A stretch of DNA of 63,779 bases, filler included, from Octopus bimaculoides (taxonomy: Eukaryota): NCBI RefSeq assembly GCF_001194135.2. It is 6 parts of 6 records of this genome, joined end to end, with 100 filler letters (N's around TTAATTAATTAA, not from the genome) between each part and the next. Parts side by side here need not be neighbours in the genome. Positions count along the whole stretch, not along the records: positions 22,614 to 45,315 come from NC_068986.1; positions 45,416 to 56,949 come from NC_069001.1; 4 more parts are not named here. One strand, written 5' to 3'. A program made the position numbers and the translations under genes. Positions 41,291 to 52,663 of the stretch are shown here, piece by piece. The stretch's first letter is position 1; every line of letters starts with the position of its first letter. The notes beneath the pieces were generated by a model that ran no database searches, was not told where the DNA came from, and worked only from the letters and a program-made list of their open reading frames with translations.

Positions 41291-42147
41291 TTCACTTCAA
41301 GCTATATGGAGAGAGATTCTAGCAGTTAAAGTGTACGTATATATATATATATATATAGGGCGCGGTCCAGAATGTCGACATTGTTTTAGAAAAAAGAAAA
41401 CAACAAAACTGGAGTAGTGTGTATAAGAGTAGAGAAGTCAACATAACAGCTTTATATTCTGTTCCTTTCTGTTGAAATAGTCTCGGGGTCAACTTGACTT
41501 TTTCATCTTTCTAGTATCAATAAAAAAATTAATTATTATTATAATAAATGACATATTGTATAAGAAAAAATAATCGATAACTCACACACCTACACAGATA
41601 CGTAAACGTACATATACACACACTTTATATATATATGTGTGTGTGTGTGTTGTATGTATACACTCATATAGAAAAGAGACAATAAATTATTAAATAAATA
41701 AATGAAAAAGCAATTATATTTTTAATTAACTAATTTACAGATTAAATTAACTATTTTTTTTTTTACCTCCGGAACCTAATGCTGTGGATCAATATTTTCT
41801 CATGTGACATGTTTGAAATGTCAGATAACAACTATTTAATATTTACCTGACGACCAATTAAAACAACGACCAACAATGTTGAAACGCAACAGCAGATCTC
41901 TATCTCACAATAAGCAGTTATAAAACAACTCCTTAAATGCTTCAAAGCCTTTTTCTTTTTTTTTTCCCTTTATTTATTTATTTATTTTACTTTGATCATT
42001 TATTTTCGAGGATCAGTTATTACAGAGAAACAGTAAGTAGGAACTTGATTAAATACTTTTTAGCTATGTTTTGTCGCGTTCTTCTTTCAATGTTTTACGA
42101 GTTAAAATCTTATTTCGGGCGATACTTTTTTGTCTCATTCAAAACGA

Positions 42148-43775
42148 CCTGGCGAGCTGGCAGAATCATTAGCACGCCGAACAAAATGCTTTGTGTCATA
42201 TTGTCAGTCTTTATGTTCTGAGTTCAAATTCTGCCGAGGTCGAATTTGTCTTTCATTCTTTCGAGGTCGATAAAATAAATACTAGTCAAGCAATTGAGTC
42301 GATATATTCGACTAACCCCATCCTTCAAAATTTCAAGCCTTGTGCTTATAGTAGAAAGAAAACAAAATAATTCATTCCAAGAATTCCCTACCATGCCACG
42401 TCATTCGTTTAAACTACAAACTAGACAAAGCTGAAGCCATCATACGTTTCACAAAAAGCAAAACATTATAAACAAGAAGTGTGATTTATGAAAATCACTT
42501 CATAAACTTTGCGAGATTCTAATTTCTTAGAAATGCACCTTGGTAAAATATCTCCTATTGCTTTGGCAGAAATGGAAAAATACAGGAATTATTTACACTA
42601 CGGAAATAAAGGACTTACACTAATTACAAAAATAAATGATTTACATTATTTATTAGGATTTATTAGATTGAGATGAACACCAATCATCAGTGCCTGATTT
42701 AGACTCGGTGGGTGTCTAAACTATATAAAACTCCAACGCCTCTTCTTAAAAATTATACTAGGACTCACAAAAATGTAAACTACTAAATGCCTTTTGAAGC
42801 CCTGGTGGATTGTGAGGCCTTAAGCCATCGTTTCCCAATATATAGTTCGCAGACAGATTATTGACAGCTGAATCTCTCAAATCATTTATTGAAAAGATGG
42901 TTTGAAAAACAATTTAATAAACATTAAAAAAGATAATAATAATCACAGCCAATGTCACGTGAGATGCGGGTTTATACTTTAACAAAAATTGAATTTGAAA
43001 CCGCGGTTGTACTTTCAAAGAACATAATTACAACAACCAGGAAGATATTTATAAATTATAATAAAATTAAACAAAAAACAAGATAAATCACCCTCTCGAA
43101 GCATTCTTTCGGGACACCGGAACTGCTGCTTGAAATCTAAGACGAATTCCAGAAAACCAGAACGTCAAGACTCCCCTAGCGATACCAAATACGCTGATCG
43201 TCGGGAAAAATGCTTTGCAGTATTTTTGTCCTGGTTCTTTACATTGAGTTAAAATTCCACCGATATCAACTTCGCTTTTCATCTCTCTGAGGTCGTTAAA
43301 ATAAGGTAGAGGTCAAGTGGTATCGATTATTCTTCCTCTCCTCAAAATTGCATGCCTTGTACTTAAACCAGAAACCACTATTCTAAAGGAATTAATTATT
43401 ATTTTCTCTGTTGTTCAACCCAAGGCCAGTCTTATTCGAATAGAACAAGGACCGAAGTCATGCCAGGTGTCACCATCCCGCCAATTTGTATATCAGAGTC
43501 CATGCTGTTCAATGTATACCCACCTTACTTAATATAAAGGATATGGAGGAACAAATTTGGTTGTTATTTCCAAAAGATCGAATGACCACACAGAAGCTCC
43601 CTTTTTAACATGTAATATATACGTAAGCTTCAAATTCCACCGAAGTTGACTTTACTATTCATCCTTTCGGGGTCGATAAAATAAGTACCAGTTGAATACT
43701 GGGATCAATGTAATCGAGTTAGTTACACCTTTTCCCGAAATTGCTGGGGTTGTGCCAAAATTTGAAACCGATATA
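42148..43775 (+). mobile_element. Family A SINE copies (42148-42360, about 43195-43385, 43625-43775)
   Basis: Head, core and tail motifs. Confidence 0.7.
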
Positions 43776-44759
43776 GATGTAGGCCGAGAGATTTGATTAT
43801 TGTTTGTTTTGTCGTTTTTCTTGAAATATCTTCCTTACATTCTGGAATTAAGCAAATATTCTAAATACTAACAGCGATAGTAACTAATATGCAGTTTGTT
43901 TTACAACGTAATCTCTGCTAGTTTCTACAAACAAATAAATTTCAAGAATGTTACTTTCTAAAATGCTCGATTCGTGTATAATCTGAAAAATGCGAAGAAT
44001 GTGAAAAATGAGCTGCACACAGACGCATTCACGCGCACACTTACACACACATGCATGCATATACACGTACACACACAAACATGCATACATATGAGTGTGT
44101 GTGTGTATACACACATACATACATTACACACACAAATATACAAACGTACATGCATACACACTTGAATATAATTACCGACATACATGAATATATGTATATA
44201 TGTAAGAAATAAAAAATACATGCGTATATATGTGTGCGAGTGTGTGTATATCTATGTGCGTATGTCTTTGTGTCTGCCTCCCATTACCGCTTGGCAACTG
44301 CTGTTGGTTTGTTTACGTTCTCGTAACTTAACGGTTCGGCAAAATAAACCCACAAAATAAGTACGAGGCATAAAAATAAGTCCAGCGTTCAATTTGTACG
44401 GCTAAACAATTCAAACTGCATGGCTGCAGTCCAGTGACTGAAACAAGTAAAAGAACCTAAAAGAAGCTATTTTTGGTCAGAAACTGTAAATTACAATAAA
44501 TATGTTATAAGAAAATCCATGCAAGCTACTCGTTGTCATGCGAAGGATGCGAACGATATCTAATTACGGTTCCTTATCTTCGGAGTTTATCTTCTGGAGT
44601 CGCTAAAATTAAGTACCAGTTACTCTAAAACACCATAGACACGTACATGTAGCTCCCTCTGGCGACGAGCGTTAATACAAGAGAGATAACTGTCTCCCGG
44701 CACGAGGCAGGATGGAATCATACGTGTGTGTGTGTGTGTGTATAATAAAAGGTAAAGGG

Positions 44760-45315
44760 TAAAAACACCCCATTCGGGATTTCACCAAAAAAGTTACTCT
44801 CCGAGGAACAAGTCCAGGCAAGGTTGTTTATGGTGCTTTGCCAAACCACCCCCACAAATGATTTGGTGTACGTTGTGTCATGCGTCTAAGTGATCGCAGA
44901 GCAACGTGTGATGATGTGTTTTGTTCAAGAACACAACGCACCACCCAGTCTCGGAATTGAAACCACGAGTCGCGATCGTGACTTCAACACCTTAACCACT
45001 TGGCCATGCGCCCTCACATTCACAAATATCTCTGTCGGTCACGACGACGAGGGTTCTAATCAACAGAACAGCCTGCTCGTGAAATTAACGTGCAAGTGGC
45101 TGAGCACTCCACAGACATGTGCACCTTTAACGTAGTTCTCAGGGAGATTCAGTGTGACAAGGCTGGCCCTTTGAAATACAGGCACAACAGAAACAGGAAG
45201 AAAGAGTGAGAGAAAGTTGTGGTGGAAGAGTGCAGCAGGGTTTTCGCTCAATAAACACTCACAACGCCCGGTCTGGGAATCGAAACCGCGATCCTATGAC
45301 TGCGAGTCCGCTCCA
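44760..45315 (-). mobile_element. Two adjacent family C-type SINEs
   Basis: 44760-45015 and 45030-45315, both ending in GGAAT(C/T)GAAACC tRNA-like heads. Confidence 0.75.
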
Positions 45316-45415
45316 NNNNNNNNNNNNNNNNNNNNNNNNNNNNNNNNNNNNNNNNNNNNTTAATTAATTAANNNNNNNNNNNNNNNNNNNNNNNNNNNNN
45401 NNNNNNNNNNNNNNN

Positions 45416-45752
45416 TGACTAGGCTGTAGCCAACACTGCCAGATATTTTGAGCATCTCTGCAGTGATTCCTGATGGGCCGGGGGCTTTCCCTGTCTTCAT
45501 ACTCTTAATTGCTTTATCTACCCTGGTACTGTCAACTCGGATAGCTGGTCCCTCTGTTGGGTCGACATACGGCAGGCTCTCTTTCTCCCATTCATTCTCT
45601 TTATTAAGCAATCTATCGTAGTGGCATCTCCAGACCTCTTTCTTTGCAGCCTCATTTAGTGCAAGCGTACCATCATCCATGCGCACACATTTCTCTCCTA
45701 CAACATCACTATTCTCTCTCCTACACTGTCTTGCAACACGAAATACCTGTAT
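45416..45752 (-). mobile_element. RTE-clade LINE ORF2 fragment (endonuclease-RT linker)
   Basis: VFRVARQCRRENSDVVGEKCVR...KKEVWRCHYDRLLNKENEW...VDKAIKSMKTGKAPGPSGITAEMLK: K.PG.DG-like pre-RT motif. Confidence 0.85.
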
Positions 45753-46710
45753 ATGAAAGATAATGTGTATGTGTGTGAGAGAGAGCGAGTGAGTGCCACT
45801 TACACATACATGCAAAAAAAATACATACATGACAATACACACTTTCACTCACTCATTCTCTCTCTCTCATGCACACATGCATACACACACACACATGTCC
45901 ATTTCATATCCACGTACATACATCTTTCACTTTCTGCTCTCACTTCAGAGCAACTGTCACCTTTTCACTTTCTCCTCTCTTTCAATTTCTGCTCTTTGCA
46001 AAGCATAAAGAAATAAAAAGATTTTTATGGAAATTAACGAACAATCATATCCCGTATGATTGAATTGACAACTTTCCTGCTTCAAATGAAAGAATGTCTC
46101 AATAAAATAACTTCCTTTGGTGCGTGCACACACACACACAGACACACACTAGGTAAAACTTCTGTATGAATTATGTTATTTCTTGCTATGTGCACGTGCA
46201 AAATTACAGCTCAAATTCAATTCAAATCCCCTTTTTCTTGTCTGTAATTCATGTTTGTGATGAGTGTATTTAAAAATCTATCTTCTATATAAATTTAAAA
46301 GGAAGTTCTCCCAGAAATCTTGTCTTTTACCTGTTGTTTCTAGCATGTCTAAAGTGACATTTGTCCCTCCCCCTCTAAATTTCTTCCAACTCCTGTTTTC
46401 AATACAAGAGATTAGGATTTCACCCAAAAAACACCTTCTCAATTTTTAAAATTTTCTCTCTCCCCATCCCAATTTCTTTAAGAATTTCCTTCTTTCTGTT
46501 TTATTAAAGAAATGCCTAGCATCTCCTTCCCAAACTCCTATCCCACCACTTTCAAAAAGCTTTAAACTTCCAATGTTTCACTTTTAGTATTTTGGAAAGC
46601 AGGGAAATTTCTTTAGAAATATTGTTATTTACCTGTTGTTTCTAGCATGTCAAGTTTTCTGATGGTGCTTTAATATTTTTTATGTCTGCTACTTCAGTAC
46701 AATTCTACAC

Positions 46711-46732
46711 ATGCGAGAAACATCAGACGCGA
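46711..46732 (+). CDS. Candidate first coding exon of ATAD5 (MRETSDA, phase 1)
   Basis: ATG then donor GA|GTGAGT; frame-compatible with 47024-47103; no homology support. Confidence 0.3.
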
Positions 46733-47023
46733 GTGAGTCATAGGATGTTTTTAGCTTTTTGAAAGCGGGTAGGTGATGGGTGGGCAAGGTGACTGTTTCT
46801 TTAAAAAAAATTAAACTTTAAAAAAAATAAATATTTCCCAGATTCGTAATCTCTTTATTTTTCCATATGGATAAAAAAAAAGGAAAATTTGGAAAAAAGT
46901 TATAAATTAAGAAATTGTGGTGGGGACTGGAGGAAACTAAAATTTTGAAAATGTGATTTCTGGGTAAAATCGTATTAACTCCCTTTTATACTTTTATACA
47001 TAGTTTGTGATCCTTCTTAACAG

Positions 47024-47103
47024 AAAGCACTTTCATGCAAACCCATACAAATTGTACCCTCCCCTCTTTCACTTTTAAACAAACAATGACTTCCATTATG
47101 CCA
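47024..47103 (+). CDS. Candidate small ATAD5 5' exon (..STFMQTHTNCTLPSFTFKQTMTSIMP)
   Basis: Acceptor TCCTTCTTAACAG|, donor CCA|GTAATC, ends in phase 0 matching exon 47359; contains in-frame ATGs. Confidence 0.35.
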
Positions 47104-47358
47104 GTAATCCAGTTCACTATATATCAGCTGTGCTGATTCTGCCCATAAAAACAGAATAAATAATACAATATGCTGTAAGTCATAACACCCAGGCAACATC
47201 GGGATACATTGTTAGTCCTCAAATAAAACTCAATTTCATATGAACTCTTTGGTACTGGTTCTCAGTGGACTGTTACATAATGTCAGATGAGTGTTAAATA
47301 TGTAGGTTAATCTTAAAATATATTTAATATATCTTCTTTGTTTCTTTTTCTTTCTTAG

Positions 47359-49280
47359 GAAGTGAATAGTTCAAAGAAGACTATTGAAGATTTCTTTGGT
47401 AAATCCTCTCAGAATAATTCCAGTGCAATTAAGAAACCCATGAATTTACTGAGTTATTTTACTAAAGACCCTCATTCACGTGTGTCTAATGGAAAAACAG
47501 AGACATCAGTAGAATCATCAGTCTTGGAAAAACTTGCACAAGTGCCTGTTCAGAATGATACAGTGAAAAAGAATCTTTTGGAAAAGAATTTAACTGTTAG
47601 TCCTTTGGATAAAAGTAGTTCTAAGGCCAGTTCTTTGGATAAGAATAGTCATGAGGCCAGTTCTTCGGATAAAAGTAGTTCTAATGCCAGTTCTTTGGAT
47701 AAAAATAGTAGTAAGGCCAGTTCTTTGGACAAAAATAGTTCTGATGTCATTTCTTTGGATAAAAAACGGAAACGTGCTAGTAAACAAGTACTGAGTGGAG
47801 ATGATTTTGTTGAGATCACTCAGCCAAAACGTTTTAAATCTACAGACAGTAATGAAGAATCAAAGACAGCCATATCTCTACCTTCAAATGAGCCATTTTT
47901 AGAGAAAATGCCTCAAAACATTTCTAATACAGAATCAAAAACATTTGACCAAAATATTGATCCTTCCAATGATGATGATGATGATTTTATTTCAAAAACA
48001 GATGCTACTAACACTTGTAAAAAAGTTGTTTTGTGTGAAAATGACCAGGAATTATCTAAAAGGAAATACACAAAGAAAAATTCCAAAAATTGTATAAATT
48101 CTAATATGTTAAACAAACAGTCAAAATTGAAATCATCAAAGACCCAACAAGTTAATGTTGGTAAAAGTAATCCATTAAATAAGTATTATTGTGAAAAAGA
48201 TAAAAAGAAACTTTCTGATAACTGTAAAAGTGAAAAAGAAAAAACGGATTCTAGTGATCCTCCTCCAAATTCGAAAGAAATTTCTGAGAGTAATTCCTGC
48301 AATAGCAGCATTGTCAACAGTCTGACATATTTAAATACAAAATCAGATTTAGATGAAAGTTGTCAGTCACTGAAAGTTCAAACTTGTGAAAATGATGACC
48401 AAAATGCTATGGAACTCTCATATGAAGAATTTTTACTTTCTCAGACTGTTAGTGATGAAGAATCTGTAAATATGGAATTTGCCAAAACGAGTTCAGAAAA
48501 AGCATTTCCTTCTGAATGTGATCCCATTCCTATGTCTGTTGACTCAGTAAAGACAGATGTAAGTAATTCTCAGCAAGTTACTGTTGTGGCTGACATACAC
48601 CCGGAACCATCTTTAAACTTACCAGCTACATCTAACACTATAGATAATTCCAGTAAATCTGCAGAAGCCATTTTGAAAAGTGTCTCTTCAGAAGTGATTA
48701 AATCTAAACATCAAGATGTTGATGACATAGTTGTTTTGGATACAGAAGTGTTAAATAAAGCCGATGAGATTCCTGCTGTTGTTGATGATGGTGATGATGT
48801 TTCACATAAAGAGCAAGAGAAACAAACTAAATCAACACTTGATGTAACCACGAAAAAGGCCATTCCTAGCCATAAGTTTAAGCCTGTCTCAAAAGCTAAG
48901 AACCAAAAGCCTGCAGTACTATCCAATTCCGTTGGTGTAAAATGTTCGCAGTCAACACTGAATTTTGAACAAGGTAACTCCAATTCTGTTTCAACTATTT
49001 CTGTTGGGAATACGAAAGGAACTCTGAAAACACTTTCAAAACAGTCAAAGATTAGTGCCAAGGTTATTGTGCGACAGCAAAACAGGAGTATTCACAGAAA
49101 GACCCAATCAAGAAACATAGTGAAGTACAAGGGTAAAAAGTCTGTAAATAGTACCAAACAGAATAGAAACCATAATCTGTCAGCGGTGTCAGACCAGTCG
49201 AAGAAAATGAAACACAAAATCAGCAACAAGATAAACAAGAAAACAAATAGGAAGAAATCTGTGAAAATTTCAACAAAGCA
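47359..49280 (+). CDS. ATAD5: ATAD5/ELG1 homologue, large N-terminal exon (1922 nt, phase 0 to 2)
   Basis: 640 open codons; acceptor TTTCTTTTTCTTTCTTAG|G, donor CA|GTGAGT; ordered motifs KTIEDFFGK, NLLSYFTK, KKRKR, DDFVE, LSYEEFL and VTVVADIHPEP match, from memory, human ATAD5 KTITKY, NILDYFRK, KKRKR, NDFVE, VSYEEFL and VTVLAQVHPIP. Confidence 0.85.
47599..47766 (+). repeat. In-frame 30-bp coding minisatellite (SSLDKNSSKA-type) x about 5.6
   Basis: AGTTCTTTGGATAAAA(A/G)TAGT..TAAGGCC units. Confidence 0.95.
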
Positions 49281-49555
49281 GTGAGTTTATTACATTTCTG
49301 TTTTTTTTTTTTTTTTCACCTGATCAATATATTTTCCATTTATGGTGTGGTTGGTGGAGTGATTAATGTGCTGACAGCCTTTCAGTTCAGCTGTCAAATA
49401 CTTTGCGGGCAGATTTTGTATTGTGCAAAGCAAGAGATTCTATTTAATTCAATTCAATACAATCACTAAGGAATGGGGGTGGATTGTACTAAATCCATCA
49501 TCATGGTTTTGACCCTTTCAATTAAATACTAAAATAATTGTAAATTTAGACTGGT

Positions 49556-49777
49556 TTCACTCTTTAGCACTCAAGCAGGCCATATCTGGCCCAAGTATTT
49601 GATCTGTTTTTATGTTCAAACTGGCCAGATCTGGCCTCTACCCTACAATGTCACTCTAAACATAAACAATCACATCACCAAAATCATGTAACTATGAGCT
49701 TAATACATGATTAATTTGAAATAATGTGATAAATGAGCATTACAGTTGATGGATTAACCTGAATGTTAAAGGGTTAA
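49556..49777 (-). mobile_element. MITE with piggyBac-like ends (..AAGGGTTAA)
   Basis: CTCTTTAGCA.. and ..TGTTAAAGGGTTAA termini; related ends at 52669-52790 (plus) and 55100-55190 (minus). Confidence 0.6.
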
Positions 49778-49939
49778 TAAGACAACAATAACCTTTTTTT
49801 ATTCAACAACATATTAACGTGATTTTTTGAACATAATTTAACAAAAGATTCTTAACCAAATCTATTTCGTAATTTTTGCCTCAAAGCAAATCTAATTACA
49901 AGTAAATACAGATAAATTCAACAAAATATAAGATTAATC

Positions 49940-50225
49940 AAGTTACTCTCTGAGGCACAAATCAGGGCATGGTTGTTTATGGAAGACCAACATTCACCCA
50001 TACATACCAGCATCCCCTCCATGCTACTGATGTAGGGGAAAGGCAAAGGCCGATACAGCTTGGCACCAGTGATGCCGCAACTCATTTCTACAGCTGAGTG
50101 AACTGGAGCGATGTGAAATAAAGTGTCTTGCTCAAGAACACAACACAAGCCTGGTCTGGAAATCAAACTCATTACCTCATGATTGTGAGCCTGACGCTCT
50201 AACCACTGAGTCATGTGTCTTCATA
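49940..50225 (-). mobile_element. Family C-type SINE in ATAD5 intron
   Basis: Colinear with 39915-40245. Confidence 0.8.
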
Positions 50226-51350
50226 TGTGTGTGTGTTTATATATTCACATTCACACAATATTCCTAAAAGTTCTCAGATTTCTAATTTCCTTTCAAGTCT
50301 GGAAAACTTCAAAATGCTTTTTTTCTCTCTCCTTTTTACATTCGTTTCCACTGTATTCGATTCAAAGAAAAAAGTATTTAAAAAATTATCATTTCATTGC
50401 AAAGACTGTGACTAGGTCTAATATCTCCCTGAAAATAACTAACAAAATGAGTTTTTAAATTCTTACTATATTCAGGTACAAATTTCTTCTGTTTTTTACC
50501 TCCGCTGTTTGAAATGTTAGAATTGTTTCATTTCTGGGAAAAAAAAAATATTATCCCATTCATAATCACATGGGTGGTTTTTATGTTTGCTGTATATTTT
50601 TTTAGATATTTGTCTTCTTTCAAAAATACTTTAATTTCAAACTTGCTGCTTGACAACATGAAATTGGAATCCAATTTTTGTTCACAATGAAACATTTCAG
50701 AAAATCGAGATGAGTAAAAATGGAAAAAGAAATCTCCAAAGATTGGCAGCGCTCAAATATCATGTAAAGTAATGTTGAATTGTGTAACTTAATTGTTTAC
50801 ATAGTAAAACTACGGGTTTTCATGAATGTACTAACGAGATTTGCACTGATATTCTCATTTAATTATGAATAGGTCATTATGGCTGGATTCAGGCAGGCTG
50901 GTATCATTCACCATTCTAATTTTTGGGCAACTATGGGTAGGTTGGTATTGAGAGAGTTTATGTCCAGTTTTCCATGCTTGTTTAACATCAAATAAGATTC
51001 AGTGAGGCAGATTTTCTTTGGCTGGATACCGGTTCCTATCACGATCCCCAAGCAAGTTAATACATCTTCATGCCCAGACACTTCCATGCTAAATTGGAAA
51101 TGAATGGTAATGCTCATTTACAACTATACTGCAATATCAAGACAAAGAGGCACCTCCTTCTTATTTGTTACCATAAGAGGAATGAAGAATTAAGAGGGTA
51201 GATGAAGATTTTTTTGTTTAGAGATTAAACAATTTTGGATCATTTTAGGAAAATTTGTGTTCATGAAAAAATTCTTGTCATAAGAATTTTATAAATTTTT
51301 GTAGAATTCATAACTGAAACAGGGAAACCCAATTATGTCTCTCTTGACAG

Positions 51351-51399
51351 GGAGCCTAATGGAGATGGTACAGCTCCTCTTGGTTATTTTTTTTCCCAA
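51351..51399 (+). CDS. Candidate alternative 49-nt ATAD5 exon (phase 2 to 0; QEPNGDGTAPLGYFFSQ)
   Basis: Acceptor TGTCTCTCTTGACAG|G, donor CAA|GTAAGT, open in the ATAD5 frame. Confidence 0.4.
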
Positions 51400-51783
51400 G
51401 TAAGTGTATGCCAGCTCCAGCCAAGACAACCAGAGAGCCAGCAGCAATATCACAACCAGTTTTCAGGAGAACAGAAGCAACGGCCACCATAGAAGGAGCA
51501 GAGATTGTCAATGCCGCAGACTAGTTTTCATATGCACTGCTTCACCACAGCAGCTATGCATGGCATAAAAGCATCTTAGCACTACAATGATATTGGACTG
51601 TTGCTTAGATGTCATTGTGGTCACTTTATTCCCATAGTGTTCCACCAAGTAAACATATAAATTTATGTTTATATATAATACACATAAATATATGTATATA
51701 TATATATAAATATATGTGTAATTATATATATTTCTATATATCTAAAAGAAAAGCCTCTCTCACTATATAAATAAATATTTACA

Positions 51784-52150
51784 TCTATATACATAAATGT
51801 GTAATGGTATCTGTCTGTGTGTGTGTTTGGAGTTACTCTAATTCCTCCCACACCGTCCAACCGATTTTAATGATTTTTGGCACATAGGTAGATCATATGC
51901 TCTGAAGTTCAAATAAGGTTGGAATTTTTCGAAAACTCAATAATGCTCGATTTTAGTGAGCTCAGTCGGGCATTTGAATGTAAATTCCCATAACAATGTT
52001 ATTTTTCCTGCAGCTTTTGCATTTTTTCACTTGTAAAATTTCAACAAAATCGATAGAATAATCTCTAAGGAAATGCTTATTCAATACAAGGTCAGAAGTG
52101 GACTTCACTTCAACATGGAAAACACAAGTAATGCTGGGTCCAACAGCTCC
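51784..52150 (+). mobile_element. Non-autonomous Helitron
   Basis: A|TCTATATACATAAATG...(TG)n...AACCGATTTTAATGATTTTTGGCACA typical 5' end; degenerate hairpin and CT end near 52130-52150. Confidence 0.65.
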
Positions 52151-52596
52151 AGCCACTAAAGCTTTTTTTATTCTCTCTCTGTTTATTTTCTCGTGTTCCT
52201 TTCTGTTGAAGAGTGTAGGCTCGAAATGTAAAAGACTTTCTCACTTTCCTGAGCATTAAATCAATACAGCTGTTTGTTGTTTACATACCTGTCTTTGTCT
52301 GTTGTGTGTGTTGGTTTGTTTATGTCCCCATAACTTAGTAGTCTGGCAAAATGACTGATAAAATACAAACCAGGCTTAAAAAAGAAAAAAGTACTGGGGT
52401 TGATTTATTCAACTAAACAGTTCTTCAGGGTGGTACCACAGCATAACTGCAATCTAATGACTGAAACAGATAAAAAATCTTCATACATGTGGTCTGAAGT
52501 GATGGATGGGTATTAAAAGAGTTTAAGCAAAAATATAATGAAAATGTTAATGAAATTACCGAACAACCATGCTACANNNNNNNNNNGTCTTTGCAG

Positions 52597-52663
52597 TTCT
52601 GTGCCAAAGGATATAAAGAAATCAAAAGTGTCTCCACCTGAAGATAAGACAATGGAAGCTGAA
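52597..52663 (+). CDS. ATAD5: ATAD5 internal exon, 67 nt (phase 2 to 0; HSVPKDIKKSKVSPPEDKTMEAE)
   Basis: Acceptor TCTTTGCAG|, donor GAA|GTAAGT; exactly bridges the phase of exons 47359-49280 and 55277-55586. Confidence 0.75.
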
